A DNA stretch of 57,094 nt from Trichodelitschia bisporula (taxonomy: Eukaryota). This document shows, piece after piece, positions 35,277 through 48,133 of the stretch. The position numbers were made by a program, and so were the translations under genes. The notes under the pieces are model-generated. The model saw only the letters and a program-made list of their open reading frames with translations, was not told the DNA's origin and made no database searches. The number at the start of each line of letters is the position of its first letter. Position 1 is the stretch's first letter. The stretch covers positions 260,518 to 317,611 of the forward strand of contig ML996711.1 of NCBI GenBank assembly GCA_010356995.1, written 5' to 3'.

Positions 35277-35348
35277 TGGACTCGCCGGGAATCGAACCCG
35301 GGACCATCCGCATGCTAAGCGGATATTATACCACTAAACCACAAGCCC
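35277..35348 (-). tRNA. tRNA-Ala (anticodon AGC), intronless, 72 nt
   Basis: GGGCTTGTGGTTTAGTGGTATAATATCCGCTTAGCATGCGGATGGTCCCGGGTTCGATTCCCGGCGAGTCCA folds as a cloverleaf with A/B boxes, a G3:U70 pair and a T5 Pol III terminator at 35251-35247. Confidence 0.97.
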
Positions 35349-35844
35349 AATTCGTGAGAGACTCGCTCCACGGTTACACACAAGTCACTTCGGACAAGAG
35401 TGGCCAAGAGTGGAAAATTCTGATGGGACATGACCTTGCGCAATTGAACTCAAGCAGACTTCATTTTAGAAAGGATGCGCCTAACAGGAACCTCAAGCAG
35501 CATCGCGAGCCGCCCACCTTCTTGCATGTGCCCTGTGAATAGCCTCAGACACGTGATCCTTCACAGCCTCCCACCTGCGTCTCTTCGCGTCAAGTTCCTC
35601 CGGCCTACAGTCATCAGCAGCGCTTTACCGTCTCAAAAACAAGTTGTACACAAAAGAATCGCGCGAGAGCTATGGCACATTTTCGCCTAGTCAGGAGCAC
35701 TTTCCCGCCAGACCCGACCGCATACTGTATTAGAACCAGCCGCCCTATGTCTCCACATAAAGAAGATGTCCCGTTATGAACGACCTTACGCCCGACCACA
35801 CTACCCATCCGCCTCTCTTACGGAAGAACACCACCCTCACTCAC

Positions 35845-36513
35845 TCACCCATGGCTCGTCCGCACGCGCTTCCTGCCACCATGCACCACCGGCGTCGCCC
35901 GAATCGTATCCTCCGCACTCCCACTCCCCCGCGCCTTCTCGCGCTGATCAAGCACCATAGTCAGGACATCAAACCCAAACTGCGGGAATGCAAGGCACAA
36001 ATTGCGGAACTCGTCCTTGGCGCGGGAAGTACTCGCCGTTGTAGAGCCATTCGAGTGCAAAGCCGACGGCGTCGATGTCTTCCGAGGGGAGGGAGATGAC
36101 GCGCTGTGGGGGTTAAGACGGGGTGGTGGAACGGAGGGAAGGAAGCATACCTCGTCGTCGACGAAAGCCTTGACTTGCTCTGCGAACCACGGGCTCTTCA
36201 CCAGCATAGCCTGATGCGCATGCAGTACAGCCGCGTCGTCACCCGACCCGACAAAAATGTCGACGACTGGGCTCTTGAGGTGACTTGTTCCGTCGCATGA
36301 CGACGTGAAGAACGGGCATGGCAATCACTCGAGGAACGTAACACGCACAGGCTGCTTCTCCTCAGGCTCATCATCCAGTACCTCCTCCTTATCCACTTCA
36401 ATGACCTCAATGTTCTCCGCACCCGTCATCTCGACGTCCGCGCCAGTCGTAGTAGTCGGAGCATCACCAGCCGCAGGCGCAGGCGTCGAAGCCTCGCCAA
36501 TAGTATCCGCCAT
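35845..36513 (-). pseudogene. BTB/POZ-domain protein gene with an apparent internal out-of-frame deletion
   Basis: Spliced (introns 36328-36284, 36150-36104): FLDHLKSPVVDIFVG..HAHQAMLVKSPWF..RVISLPSEDIDAVGFALEWLYNGEYFPR, then stop at 35969. The family-like C-terminus DEFRNLCLAFPQFGFDVLTMVLDQREK..RKRVR follows immediately in another frame. Confidence 0.7.
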
Positions 36514-37147
36514 TGCGCAGCTTAGGTATCAGTTGCGGGTATCAAATGTCGTGATGGAATAGTCATTGGGATTCAGAAGACAGTCGTTCGTGATGGAGAC
36601 AAGCGAGGGACTGGAGGGGACTGGAGGTGGAACTCTCAGTGTCTCGTCGCGGATCCTCGCCGAGCTGGAGCTTGGGCGCACCGAGAGGTCTGTGCGGGGC
36701 GCGGTTCCTGCATCTTTTCTGCCTGGCGCGTTTGGGTATGAGTGCCTTAGAAACTTATGGCTTGGCGGCTTCGCGATGCTTCAGGAGCTTCGGGAAGCTC
36801 GAGGGAGTCTTGTCATGATTCTCGGTCATTTCTCAAGTGGCTGCCATATGCACCTCCTAGACAGTGTACACCAAGCAAGAGCATGGGGAGCATGGTTCTA
36901 ATTACCAACTTCGCCTTCATTCCCTTCAAACCCTCATTCACGTCGCAGCAAATGGGTATCCCAAACCTCTACACGGCCTAATCCCGTAGATATAACCGCG
37001 CCAACGCTCAACAAAGCGGAGAATCATCCACTCGTCCAAAAGCGGCGAGTCGCCTCCCCCAAAAGCGTCATCGCCGCTCATATCGCAGGCGTCCTAAAAC
37101 ACCAAAAACACCTCATTACCATTACGCCCCCCCCCCCTTCAGCACCC

Positions 37148-40100
37148 TCACTCATTAGCCACCACCTGCAAATCCCCCTTAACATCATCCTCCTCACTCA
37201 ACAACCCCATCGCCCAATGCACCCTCGTCGCAGGATTAACATGCACAAACCTCCTATCACTCATATCCCCCACAATCCCATTCTTCCCATTCCCCACCCG
37301 CGCATCCGCCTTCTCCTCCCCCTCCACCGTCCCCACCGGCCCCCGGCCCAAATGCCAAACCTCCCTCGTCCGCACATACGGCGGGCCCCTATTCGCCTCC
37401 GCCGCCTTCTCCCACGCCGTCTCGCACCCCTGCGCAATCATCCCCACACTCGCCCACCCAGTCCGGCGCTCCACATCACGCACATGCCGCACCAGCCACT
37501 CCCTCTGTGCGGCGTCCTGGTACTGCACCCCCGCAAAAAACAGCGGCATGCAGATATCGCACAGCGCCGCGCCGAGCGAGGGATTCAGTGCGCCGCCCCC
37601 TTCGCTCAACGGCATGATGCCCGCGGCCACGCGCCCGATCTCCAGCGCCAGCGTGTCCGTCCGCGGCGCCGCGACACCAGCCGCCATCATCGCAGCGGGC
37701 GGCATCTGCGGGTGGGCGCGCACCAGGATGATGTGGCACATGTAGTACGTAGCCCAAATGACAGCGACGTCATAGCTACGGTAGTGCAGCGCGGGTCCAA
37801 AGGGCGACGGCGTCGGAGCATGGAACTCGGGACCGAGGGGCTGGAACGCCGGGCCGAAGTGCGCTTTGACGGCCTGCAAGGCGGCGCCGATGGCCTTCCA
37901 TTCCTCGGTTGCAGCGGCTGTGGCGGCGGAGAGGTCGAAGGAAGAGTCAGAGCGGGGGGATTGGCGCGGCGAGGGGGTGTGGTTGGTGTGGTTGGATGCA
38001 TACGAGGAGGGCATGTGCGGGTTGGTGGGGAGGGGGGCCATGCCGAAGAATTGCGGCCCTTGCGGCCGGGAGGATGCGCCCCCCGGTGGCGTGGCCTGGG
38101 ACGGCACGCCGGGCGGGTACCACTGTCCACCCGTGGCCTCCATGGCCTTGAGCTTGCGCTTGCGGTCACGTGCGGCGAAGTCAGCAACGCGCCCGAGGAG
38201 GAGCATGAGGTGGTCGTTAGTCGCATAGACGGCATCGGCGCGGCCAAAGCTGGCGCGTGGTGGACAGTCCGCCCAGCGAGAATAGTCAAGCCTGTTCATC
38301 AGCATGTCTTCATCGCCCTGTCTCAAGAAAACCTACAGCAGCCGGTTCCCGCTCACAATGCTCTGGTAGGCGTCTTGCTTCGCGTACCACCAGAACAGAT
38401 CCTGGTACAGCTCGTACTGCGCCATGTCAAAACGGCGCTCCGCCTGGCTCGCGTCCTCGATGCTGCCAAAGTTGTCGTAGCGCAGCTGGCTGCCGACGAT
38501 GGTGCCCACGAGCGCTTCGTCCACCGGCGGCGTGTCCGGGCGGTCCGCATCCGACGGTTGGGAATACTTGGCCCGACGTGCCGCCTTCGCCATTCCCTTG
38601 AAGTCAATCTCGACAATCAGCTGCTTCGCGCCTAGCAAGTGGCTGCTCCACTTCAGATGGTCCGCCGTCAGCACCTCGTAGAACCCCAGCAGCAGTGTCG
38701 CCGCGAGGGTTGTCGGCAGATGGCGCTTCTTCGCGTGACCTACGCAGTGATGTATCCGCTTGAGGGCGTACGCGTAGTGCTTGAATGACGGTGTGATGCT
38801 CGCACCCTGCAACTTGGCGATGTGCAAACTCGCCAGTGCGAGCATCGCATGTAGCAGACCCTGGTGGTTGAGCGCCATCAATGGGAGCGTGTATGTCCAT
38901 AAACCCTGCTGGTAGGTGGGAACTGGTGTGTCGGTGAACAATGCGGAGGCATTACGCGGCAGCCGCTCAAAGATTGACAACGTCGGCCCCGTGGCAAAGA
39001 CAAAATGCGCAAAGACGCGCGCCGTACGCGGATTCTTGAGCGGATTCGCCACCCACTCAGCGCGGTAGAAGTCGAGAATGCCGGGATGAATGAAGGCGTC
39101 GTAGCCACGCACGAGAGTGTCGCTGGTGGCGCCGCGGTGCAGGTCAAGGATCATTTTGAAGTCGCTCTGCGCTGCGCCGAGGCGGACAAGCGTGGCGTCC
39201 GGCGGGATCTCCATTTCCTCGTCTGACTGCACATCGTAGTAATCATCGTCCTCGTACTCGACGGCCGCCTCCTCCAGCATCTGCGTAGGGCTGACCATAG
39301 AGGTGGGGAAGGTGTCCGTGTAGGTGCTGTTGCCGGGCGGCCATGGGTCCACCGGCTGGAGTTGGGCATGATGGTGCTGGGGCGTCTGGAGCGGAGCCTG
39401 GAGCTGAGTATGATGCCGCGGTGTTTGAATCTCGTGATGCGGAGGTTGGTCAAGGTTTGAAGTGCCGAATTGGTAGTACGACTGCGACTGCGGTTGACTC
39501 TGCGGCTGCGGCTGTGGTGTCAAGAGCTGTGCATGCGATTGCGGTGTATGAAGCTGCGGAAGCTGCTGCTGAATTGGCGTATGTAACGACGGATGCGGCG
39601 CCTGGTGCTGCGTCTGCAGCGGAGTCGCGTGGTCCTGATAGCGTTGCGGCTGCTGCTGCTCCTGTGGCATCCGCATTCCATTCATATCCCCGTGAATCCC
39701 CATCCCTCCATCCTCCGCCTTCACCCCAAAGTTATACCCATCCTCCCTCGGCCGATACGCAGGCTGTCCGCCCCCATACTCATATCCGCCCGCATATCCC
39801 CGTGGCGCGAATGTCGCACTCCCCGGCGCAAACCCCGCACTTAACGGCGTTCCCAACGGTGTGCTCCCCGGTGTATATCCCAACGGCTGCTGCTGCCGCT
39901 GCTGCTCTCCAAACTCCACCCTTCTTCCCTCAAAACCCAGCGTCCGCACCGCGCCCGGCAACATGCCGGAGTGATAGGGCAACGTCGCGGGCGGCGCGAA
40001 CCCAAGCGGCGCATAGGGCGTGTACGCGGGCCCGAGGGGCGCAGGACCTAGGGTGCTAGAGCCGGGACCCCATTCTCCCGCCGGCGGGCGGAAGACAACG

Positions 40101-40273
40101 CGGTGGTTGTAGCCCTCACAGTGTCGCTTTGATTTGATGCAGTTGCCGCAGGTGGGCCGTTCTTCGCCGCATTTGATCCGGCGCTTGCGGCAGGTGAGGC
40201 AGCCGGTTTTGGTGCGCTTGCGGAGCTTGGGGTTTGTGCTCGCACTGGGAGGAGGAGGCGCGGCGGTAGACAT
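37148..40273 (-). CDS. Zn(II)2Cys6 transcription factor with C-terminal fungal-specific TF domain (1026 aa)
   Basis: RTKTGCLTCRKRRIKCGEERPTCGNCIKSKRHCEGY, Gln-rich linker, LLHAMLALASLH and WSSHLLGA. One intron 38336-38292 joins the two ORFs in frame. Confidence 0.94.
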
Positions 40274-40563
40274 TATGAGGTGGTGACGGGTTGGCGGTGT
40301 GTGGTTCGGTTGTGATGGTGGTGAGGGTGGGAAGGGCTGCGCGGGGTTGCGTGCATTGGCCTCTGGACGACGGAGGTCGAGACCCTATCAAAAGGAATGG
40401 CGCGTGTGGAGACGACGCGGACACGAACGCGGAGACAAAGGGAAGAGAAAGTAGGAGATAGTGTATGGCGATGTTGTAGAGGTTGAAGAGATGCCGAGAG
40501 GTGGAGCGACAAGACGGGGGACGGGACGATACGATAAATGGCCAAGGGTGCGTTGTGTGGTCT

Positions 40564-40565
<2 letters not shown>

Positions 40566-40595
<30 letters not shown>
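40566..40595. repeat. (TC)15 microsatellite upstream of the Zn2Cys6 gene
   Basis: Fifteen perfect TC units about 300 bp upstream of the ATG at 40273. Confidence 0.95.
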
Positions 40596-40597
<2 letters not shown>

Positions 40598-42153
40598 AAG
40601 CGCACCAGCAGCAAAGCTGTCTGTGAGAGGAGCACTCTCTTGGGGCTTCTGGGGCATTGGCGCTGGCCTTGTACCAAGACTGTGCACAAGGCCGCCAAAC
40701 AGAGCAATGAGCAGCGTGCAGTGCATGAGAGCCACATAGAACTAGTGGACACGCCTGTAGCTCATCAATCATCATCATCATCGTCCAGGTTGACAGCAGC
40801 AGTCGGTAAGACCACACCAACGGGCCATGTTCGAAACAATAATGGCAATCCATCATAGTCAACCATCCCATCTCCCATCCCCATGAGCCGCCAACTGGTC
40901 AGTGACGCTGATACGCTGATAAACAATAAACAAGCTCCCCCAAGCTCTCAAAGTACGTACCCTACACCAGTTCTCAGCATAAACAGCCCTCTGGCACCAC
41001 CCTGCCCTCCCCCTATCTCCGCATCGCGATATCCCCCTTTTCACACTCCCCCTCAACGCCACCATATCATCTCTCCATCCCTTCCACCCAAAACCAGACG
41101 ACACAAAAAAAGACGGACCATAAATCTCTCCTCTCCCGCCCCAAAACGAAAACCCATCATACGGAAAGCCCTGTGGGGGATCGGCCGCACCCGCACTGCT
41201 TGTCTCAGATATACCGCCCCTCACCTCATTTCACCCGCACCCCCCACCACCCGCACCAACACCGCACCAACACACGCGCAACCTGCTCACCCGGCTCGCA
41301 GCGGAGGTCCGACGCTGTGCCCCCTCGACAACGGCAAGTCCCGTGAAGCCCCTCAACGCCCCTCTATATCTCATCCCATGATGAAAGCAAGCAGCTCCCT
41401 CGCAACAACAACCACCTCCCTCCACGCTTCCGGTCGTGCACGGGGGCGCACGATACCGTAAGCAAGGCAGCAGTCAACCCCCCCCCCCCATCACCACCCG
41501 CACCCTCGGAGTCGGCACAGCTTCCACCCCGGTGTCCCGAACCGCATCCCAATCCCTCCGCCCATCACACATTCACTGGCCACCCCGTCTCTACGGAGAC
41601 ACATCCGCCCTGCCATGCCCGCCGCGGGAGGGAGCGCGCGCCGCACCGTGCCCTTCCGCAAAGGCTTGCCCTGTTCTGCCCTGTCTTGTCTTGCCCTGCC
41701 CTCGCCTATCTCGTCCTAGCGCCCAATTCCCCCACGGGTGCCCTGTCAATCCCACCCCCTCGGCTACGACGTAGGCACATGCTCTCAACCCCCCCCAGCC
41801 GATGACCATGTGCCGATGGTGCCGATGCTCGGGTCAATAGACGGCGTGATGAATCGTGTGCCCTTGCATCCCGAGTATGACATGCAGTCCACGAGCTTAC
41901 GCACATGGGACTCCAAATACAACATCACGAGAGCCACTCTAACCCCCCAAAACTAGCTATACATTCTACAGGCTACATACCCAGCATATACCTCACGAAA
42001 TTCAAATTACACGCATTCAAAAGCGCAAGCAAAGTAGCTAGTACCTCCTACCTACTCTTCCTGCCATCTTGTCTTTACCCACCACACCCCTCGGCAAAAG
42101 CGAGCCAAACGCCCACGCTAGATGCATGCCCCCAACCGCCGGCCGATCCCAGC

Positions 42154-45100
42154 CTACCCTGCAAACCTGAACCGCGCCGGCTCCAACCGCCCCAAGCCCT
42201 CACGGGGAGCGACGTTGCGCCGCCGGTACGAGTTGGTGAAGTCCTGCAGTAGCGGGCGGATCTGACGCACGTCACCGTCCTGAATGCGTCTACGCAACAT
42301 TAGCATCTGTTATTCCCGTGCTGTTAGCCAAAACTTACTGCTCGATGTTCTTGATCAACCGGGTCTCCTCCTCTGGCGCAACAGTCCCCGCAGGCACCAT
42401 CGACAGCGTTGCGCGCACCCAGCCTGCCGCTTCGACCGGGACCAGCTGGAACAGCCCTAGCAGCACACCCGATGCGTCAGGGTAGCAGTCGTGCGGGAAG
42501 GTGAACATCATGCCACTGAGAAGGCGCTGTGTCAGCTGCTCGCCTTGGCGGAGTACAAGACCGCGCACCGCCGCCTGCACTTCGGGGGGCGTCTGGCGCG
42601 CTGCCTCGTCGAAGGTCGAAAACGGCGCAGTCGGCAGTCCGTACGCGAGCAGGTCGCGCAAAAAGTGCAGCGTCGCCATCAACGGTTCCTCCTTCAAAAG
42701 TGCCAGCGTCGAGATGGCTGCAGTGAGGAGGTTGGCCATCAAGTCCGAAGGGATAGCCTTGGCGGAGTGATACAGCAGCACGTCCTGACAGAGCCGGAAA
42801 AAGTCCTCAATGACGTCGGGCAGCTCCTCTGGCGGAAGGTCGTTGAGCGCGCGCAGGAAGGTCATGGCCTGCTGGTCGAAGAAGCTGTAGATGGCCTGTG
42901 GGTACGATGGGTCCATCTGCTCGGCATCATCGGAAAACTCGCGCACGATCGAGTCCGTTGCCCACAGGAAGCAGCCCTGACGCGATGCGGCGAACCCAGC
43001 ACTCAGCTTCGTCGCCAGCTCCGGCAGCAGCGGAGCAATCGCCGTGCGGTACGACAGTACCATGTAGCGCCAACACCGGCAAATGCGCTCAAGAATGGGC
43101 GTGAAGTCTGAGAACAGCTCGGCGACGCGCGCAAGCACAGGGAAGATTTCCTCGCAGAACTTGACGGCGGGGTTCGGAAGAGGCGGCTCTACCGGCGGCT
43201 GCACACACTGAATGAAGATTGTGAGCAGCTGGATTTTGTCTGTTGGCGTTAGCGAACTGTAAGGAAAAAGACAAAGGATCAAATACATACCAGACAGGGC
43301 GGCCTTCTCCTTCGGCTCCCGCGCGGTGGACGCCATCTCGATGATGCGCGCAATGACTGGGTCGCAGTACGCCTTGAGGCCAGCGTACACCTGGTCGACG
43401 GGCTGCTTCCCCAGCACCACAGCCACACCCTCCGTTACCTCCTCCTGGCTGTCGGACGGGAGGCGGTCGAGCACGCTCGCGTAGAACTGCTGCAGCTGCG
43501 GCGACATTCCCTGCAGCAGGGCGGCGCAGTCGGTGCAGAAGAAACGGAACGACAGCGCCGCCGCGCGCTGCACCTCACCCGACGGGTGTTCAAACGCCGT
43601 GATGATGTAATTGAGCTGCGCCTCCATCGTCTCCGGGTGATTCGCGGTCCACTCAGTGTAGCGGCCGAGAGCCATGACGGCCTGGAAGCGTAGTTTCTGG
43701 TGGTCCGGAATTTGCACCAGCATCGGTACCAGCTGCGGCAGCATAACGTTCTCCGTCGGTGGCACCTGACGACCCATGGCGCGCAGTGCGAAGAGCGGCG
43801 CCTCCAGCTTCTGCCAGTGAGGGACGTTAGTCGCGGTCGCTTGCGTGCCGTATGTCTGAAACCACGCGGATATCTGGTCGTATGTTTTCTTGAGGCAGGC
43901 CGTCGGCCCAATAACCTCGCAGCAATCCTTCAGCACGTCGCCCATCTCGTGACGGAACTCACGGAACTTGTCCTCCTGGTTGCGGTCGCCCTCCCACAAA
44001 TCCTCGCCCTCGTTCTCCGGAGTCGGAAAGTGCAGGTGCTGGATCATGATGTCGACCAGGTTCGACCAGACGGACGCAAACTCACGGCGTGCCTCGGCAA
44101 AGTTATCGAGCACCAGGTACTGCTTAAGCTCGTACCAGAAGTTGAACGTGTGGCGGATTGCCTCCTTTTCCCAGTCGAGGGCCGCCGTCTCCAGGATCGC
44201 CTCGACCAGTGTGCGGAATACCCCGGGCATGCGCGCGATCAGCACGACCCAGTTCTCGCCGGCTTCGGCAAAGATGCGAGCGATGCCGTTGAACATCTCA
44301 GTGTCCTCTTCGCGCGCCGCCGTCGCGATCTTCGGCCGCAGCAGCACCACCTGCGCGAGCAGCTTCTCAACGATGCGAATATTCTCGTCGACATCGCGCG
44401 TTTCGCGGATCATGACACACAGGCAGTCGACGGCAGCGTCGAAGGACTCGGGCGCCTCGAGCGCATGGATGAGCACAGGGAACAGCGGTGACTCAACGAT
44501 ATCAGACAAAGGAATCTCGCGCGTCCACGACTGTATGCAGGCCATGAGCTGTGGGTCCTGGGCCGCAGAGGCTGGTCCGTCAGCAAGATAGCGCAGTGTA
44601 TGGACATACTTACGAGATGCAACAGCGTAGCCCGACAGGAACTGGAGAACCTTGGCCGCATTCTGCTCCAGCAACTCCGACGTACGCTCCTGCACTTCTT
44701 CTTCCTGCGCGCATTAGCGTTATTCGCGGTGTTGCAGTCAACGTACAGAAAGGTTGAACTTGCGGCCTTCGGTGACCTCTTCCGGCAGAATGCGCAGGAA
44801 TTCAAGGATACATGTCATGCTCTCCTGCTCACTGCCCACAGCGGCCAGCGTCATCGGCAGCACGTCCTTCCACCCCGTCATCTGGATTGCCAGGTGGGCG
44901 AGGCACACACATAGCTGCGTGCGAATGGGGCGGGGACCGAGGCGATACTGCTTGAGTAGCGTGAGAGTCGAGTTGCGTAGCGGCTCGAGGGCGTCCTTGG
45001 GGAGTTGGTGGAGGTCATAGATGATCTACCTATTAGCGACGTCATGGAACTCCTTTTGTGTGCACACCTTTCCCTTAAGCGTAGTCGCGGCAAACATGCG

Positions 45101-45331
45101 GGCCGGGTCGCTTATCCCCTCGGCTTGCAGCATCTGAAAGGTGATATTCCAGGCATCGGACTGTTGGTCAGCTAACGTCGCCAGTTACTCGGAGTGACGC
45201 ACCGTTTTCTGGAACTTGTCGAGGAAGTCGACGGCCTGTGTCTTCTTGGCTCGGTCACCCGAGCTCTGCATCGCTTCGACGGCCTCAACGACGGGCGCTA
45301 TGCCCTGCAGCACGGTGCCGTTGGGGGCCAT
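42154..45331 (-). CDS. MTR10: Importin-beta family karyopherin Mtr10/transportin-SR, multi-exon
   Basis: FLDKFQK..DAW..FAATTLKGK..GPRPIRTQLCVCLAHLAIQM..LEFLRILPEEVTEGRK, FREFRHEMGDVLKDCC, GRYTEWT, C-terminal QDFTNSYRRRNVAPREGLGRLE; GT-AG introns link the ORF pieces. Confidence 0.94.
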
Positions 45332-45802
45332 GATGGTTTGTTTAGATGCGCATGCGGGGGTGAGATGGTGGGGTGGGAGGAGGGGGTGTGAAGTTGGTGA
45401 TGTGAGGACGTCGGTGGGGAACAAAGACCAGGGAAGCGGGTATAAAGTTTATCGGCCCGTAGTAATTAACACTCCGTGCAAAAAGGAGCGATAATGAGGT
45501 TCGTTGCGGTGTGTTTGCTGCGTTCTTCTGCTGTGTGTGTAGGAAAGTAGTTGGTGGTGGGTGACTGCAAGATGATGCCGCGGGCTCGGAGAATTCTTGG
45601 CTGTCTAGGCTCCGGGGCGCGGCGCAGCATTTGTGCGTGCAACATGGGGTGCTTGGAGCAGGGCTTGAGATCAACATCTGGACCAGTGTACCGTACATCG
45701 ACAAAGAAAACCAAAACAGAATCACCAACTCGTATCCTGACGACAATACACCAGCTTCAGTTTGCCGAAACAGTCCCCAACAGACACCCTTTCTACACCA
45801 CC

Positions 45803-46184
45803 ATGGCTGGTCGCGGCGGAGGCCAGCGCGGCAAGGTGCTCCTACCGCCCATCAACTTCATCTTCCGGCTGCTGCAATCACACGCGCCCGTGTCCATCTG
45901 GCTGTATGAGCAGCTGGGTATCCGGATCGAGGGCAAGCTGCGGGTATGACTGCAACATGTTCATTTGCCTGGGCGTCGCTAATGTGCACAGGGCTTCGAC
46001 GAGTACATGAATCTGGTCATCGATGATGCGGTCGAGGTGACGCAAACGGCAAAGAAGGAGGATGAGAAGCGGCGCAAACTCGGTGTGTAATCCCCCACTC
46101 CTATTTTCGACCGCATACTTACGGTTTGCAGGCCAGATCCTCCTTAAGGGCGACAATGTCTCGCTGATTCAAACGTTGGAGTGA
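45803..46184 (+). CDS. SME1: Small nuclear ribonucleoprotein E (94 aa)
   Basis: Exons 45803-45943, 45992-46082, 46132-46184: PPINFIF..IWLYEQ..RIEGKLRGFDEYMNLVIDDAVEV..LGQILLKGDNVSLI. Confidence 0.97.
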
Positions 46185-46198
46185 TCGATTCCCATACA

Positions 46199-47011
46199 TC
46201 ACCGTCTCAGTACGCGTCCGTCGCCGATTACCAGCGCATCGAGCCGCACATCGTATGCTTCCATGGGCACAGTGCGGTCTGCAGGGAGCAGTTGCTCGGA
46301 GAGCGCGAGGCCAGCTATACAACATGAGGAATAGAGCCCGAGCAGAATAGCATAATGAGAGATCACCCACCGAGGAACGGTCGCTTGCCCCGTGAGCTGC
46401 ACCGCGCAAAGAAGTTGTCGTAGAAGCCCATGCCATGGCCCAGACGTCCAAATCCGGTGTCAAAGGCGACGCCGGGCGTGACGACGAGATCAAGTGCTGC
46501 GTCTTTGACTATATCTGCTGCTGACCCATCCACACTCTCTGTTGGACCCTCCGTCCTCCCCCTTCCCCCAAAGCAGTTATGTCGCCCCGCCACGCTCTTC
46601 GCATCCACCGTTGGAATGCCCCACTTATCCCGCGCAAACGCCTCGTAATCCTCCACGCTGTGCACCTCTAGCATATCCATGACGTTACGCGGAGGCGAAG
46701 GCGGAGACGAGGTGCGGTAGATATAGGGGACGAAGACTTGCTTGCCCATGCGGAGAGCGTCGCGCACGATGGCGTCAGTTTGTACCTCGCCACTAGGCAT
46801 AGAAAGATACACACTGATGCGCGTTGCAGATTGGTATTCTGGAAGCGCGAGAAAGGCGGAGGTTATGTTTGCAGCTGGGAAGACTGCGTTAGCGGTGCGG
46901 GGGTGCACAATGCGGGAACCCACATTGGGAGGTGATGCTGGAGGCGGGCAGCGCGGAGAGGATTTGTTTCAGGGATGTGCGGAGGTCTTTTTTGGCGACG
47001 CGGAGCGTCAT
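46199..47011 (-). CDS. FAU1: 5-formyltetrahydrofolate cyclo-ligase
   Basis: Exons 47011-46924, 46874-46371, 46314-46199: AKKDLR, SVYLSMPSGEVQT, WGIP, LDLVVTPGVAFD..RLGHGMGFYD, VPMEAYDVRLD. Confidence 0.94.
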
Positions 47012-47227
47012 CGTGCTGGATTGGAAGGTGGGCAGTCGAGTTGAGGTTGTGGTGGTGAGTCTCGGGTTGGAAGCTTCACCTTTGAGCTTCATCCTTGCCC
47101 CGCGTATCTCTGCCCCACCTTCTGTGGTCACAACACAACTGCAATGGACATGATACAGCAGGAGCATTAAACGCAGGTACATAACCACAACAGCCATGTC
47201 GACCTCTCATCTCCAGCAAAGTCCACG

Positions 47228-48031
47228 ATGTTCCTGTCAGGCTTCCTTCTCCTCGCGATTGCGCTCGCCGAACCCCTCTCTCTAACCGGCACCTGGACGA
47301 GCAAGTCGAAGAGCATACTCACGGGCCCTGTACGCTCCCAGCTCATCCCATGACCTGTTAGCTCACCGTCCTCCAGTCATTCTACAATCCCGTCGTAGAC
47401 GTCTTTACGGAGCCCTCCCACCCAGGCATCGCCTACTCCTTCACACCCACCGGATCTTGGGAATCGGCCTACTACCGGGCGATCTCGAACCGCATGGCTC
47501 TGAACCTTTTATATTTCACCACACTAACAGGCAGCAGCCGTCGATCCCACATGTCCCCAGGCCATCCTCCAGTGGCAGCACGGCGCCTACGAGCTCCTCC
47601 CCAACGGCTCTTTGCTGCTGACACCCATTGCGACTGACGGGCGGCAATTGCGGTCAGCGCCCTGCGAGGGAGATAATGCGGTGTATACTCGGTTCAACGT
47701 GACGGAGCTGTTCATGGTATTCGCCATTGACCATAAACTCAGATGGAGCGGGTAACTCATGGTCCAGCGCTACGACCTGCATATCGATGCCTACCACAAC
47801 GTGCCCCGCCTCGATCTCTTCCGCTTCGACGGCTCGCCTGTTCAGCCGCTGTGGCACGTCCGCGATCCGCCCGTGATGCTACCAACGGGGACACTGAACC
47901 CGATTGTGGTGCAGACAGCCGTGAAGCGGAGTGTAAGAGTTGAGGCACCGAAAATAGATGCTGCGCTTTGGCTATGGTGGTGTGGGGCTGGAGGCGTGGG
48001 CGTGGGAAGTGTTCTGTTCTTCTTCTTTTAA
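47228..48031 (+). CDS. ROT1: ER chaperone Rot1 (mostly missed by the ORF track)
   Basis: Exons 47228-47329, 47377-47491, 47538-47716, 47768-48031: signal peptide, LTGTWTSKS..TGPSFYNP..EPSHPGIAYSFT..ESAYYR..CP..QWQHG..NGSL..DGRQL..FDGSP..PPVMLPTGTLNP, C-terminal TM. Confidence 0.92.
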
Positions 48032-48133
48032 AGTAGATGGAGAAACAAATGGTTGATTTGACTTGGTTATAGCCGTTCATAACTAGCTGCATGTACTTTT
48101 GGTACTCTGAACGATGACCCAGACGTGAATGCC

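Noticed and set aside
33048..38635. Long antisense ORFs (33064..34236, 37217..38635 and similar elsewhere)
   Set aside because: Shadows of GC-rich coding sequence on the opposite strand of HOS3, the Zn2Cys6 gene and others.
40860..41800. C-rich skewed region with several short ORFs
   Set aside because: Low-complexity upstream region of the Zn2Cys6 gene; translations have no domain features.
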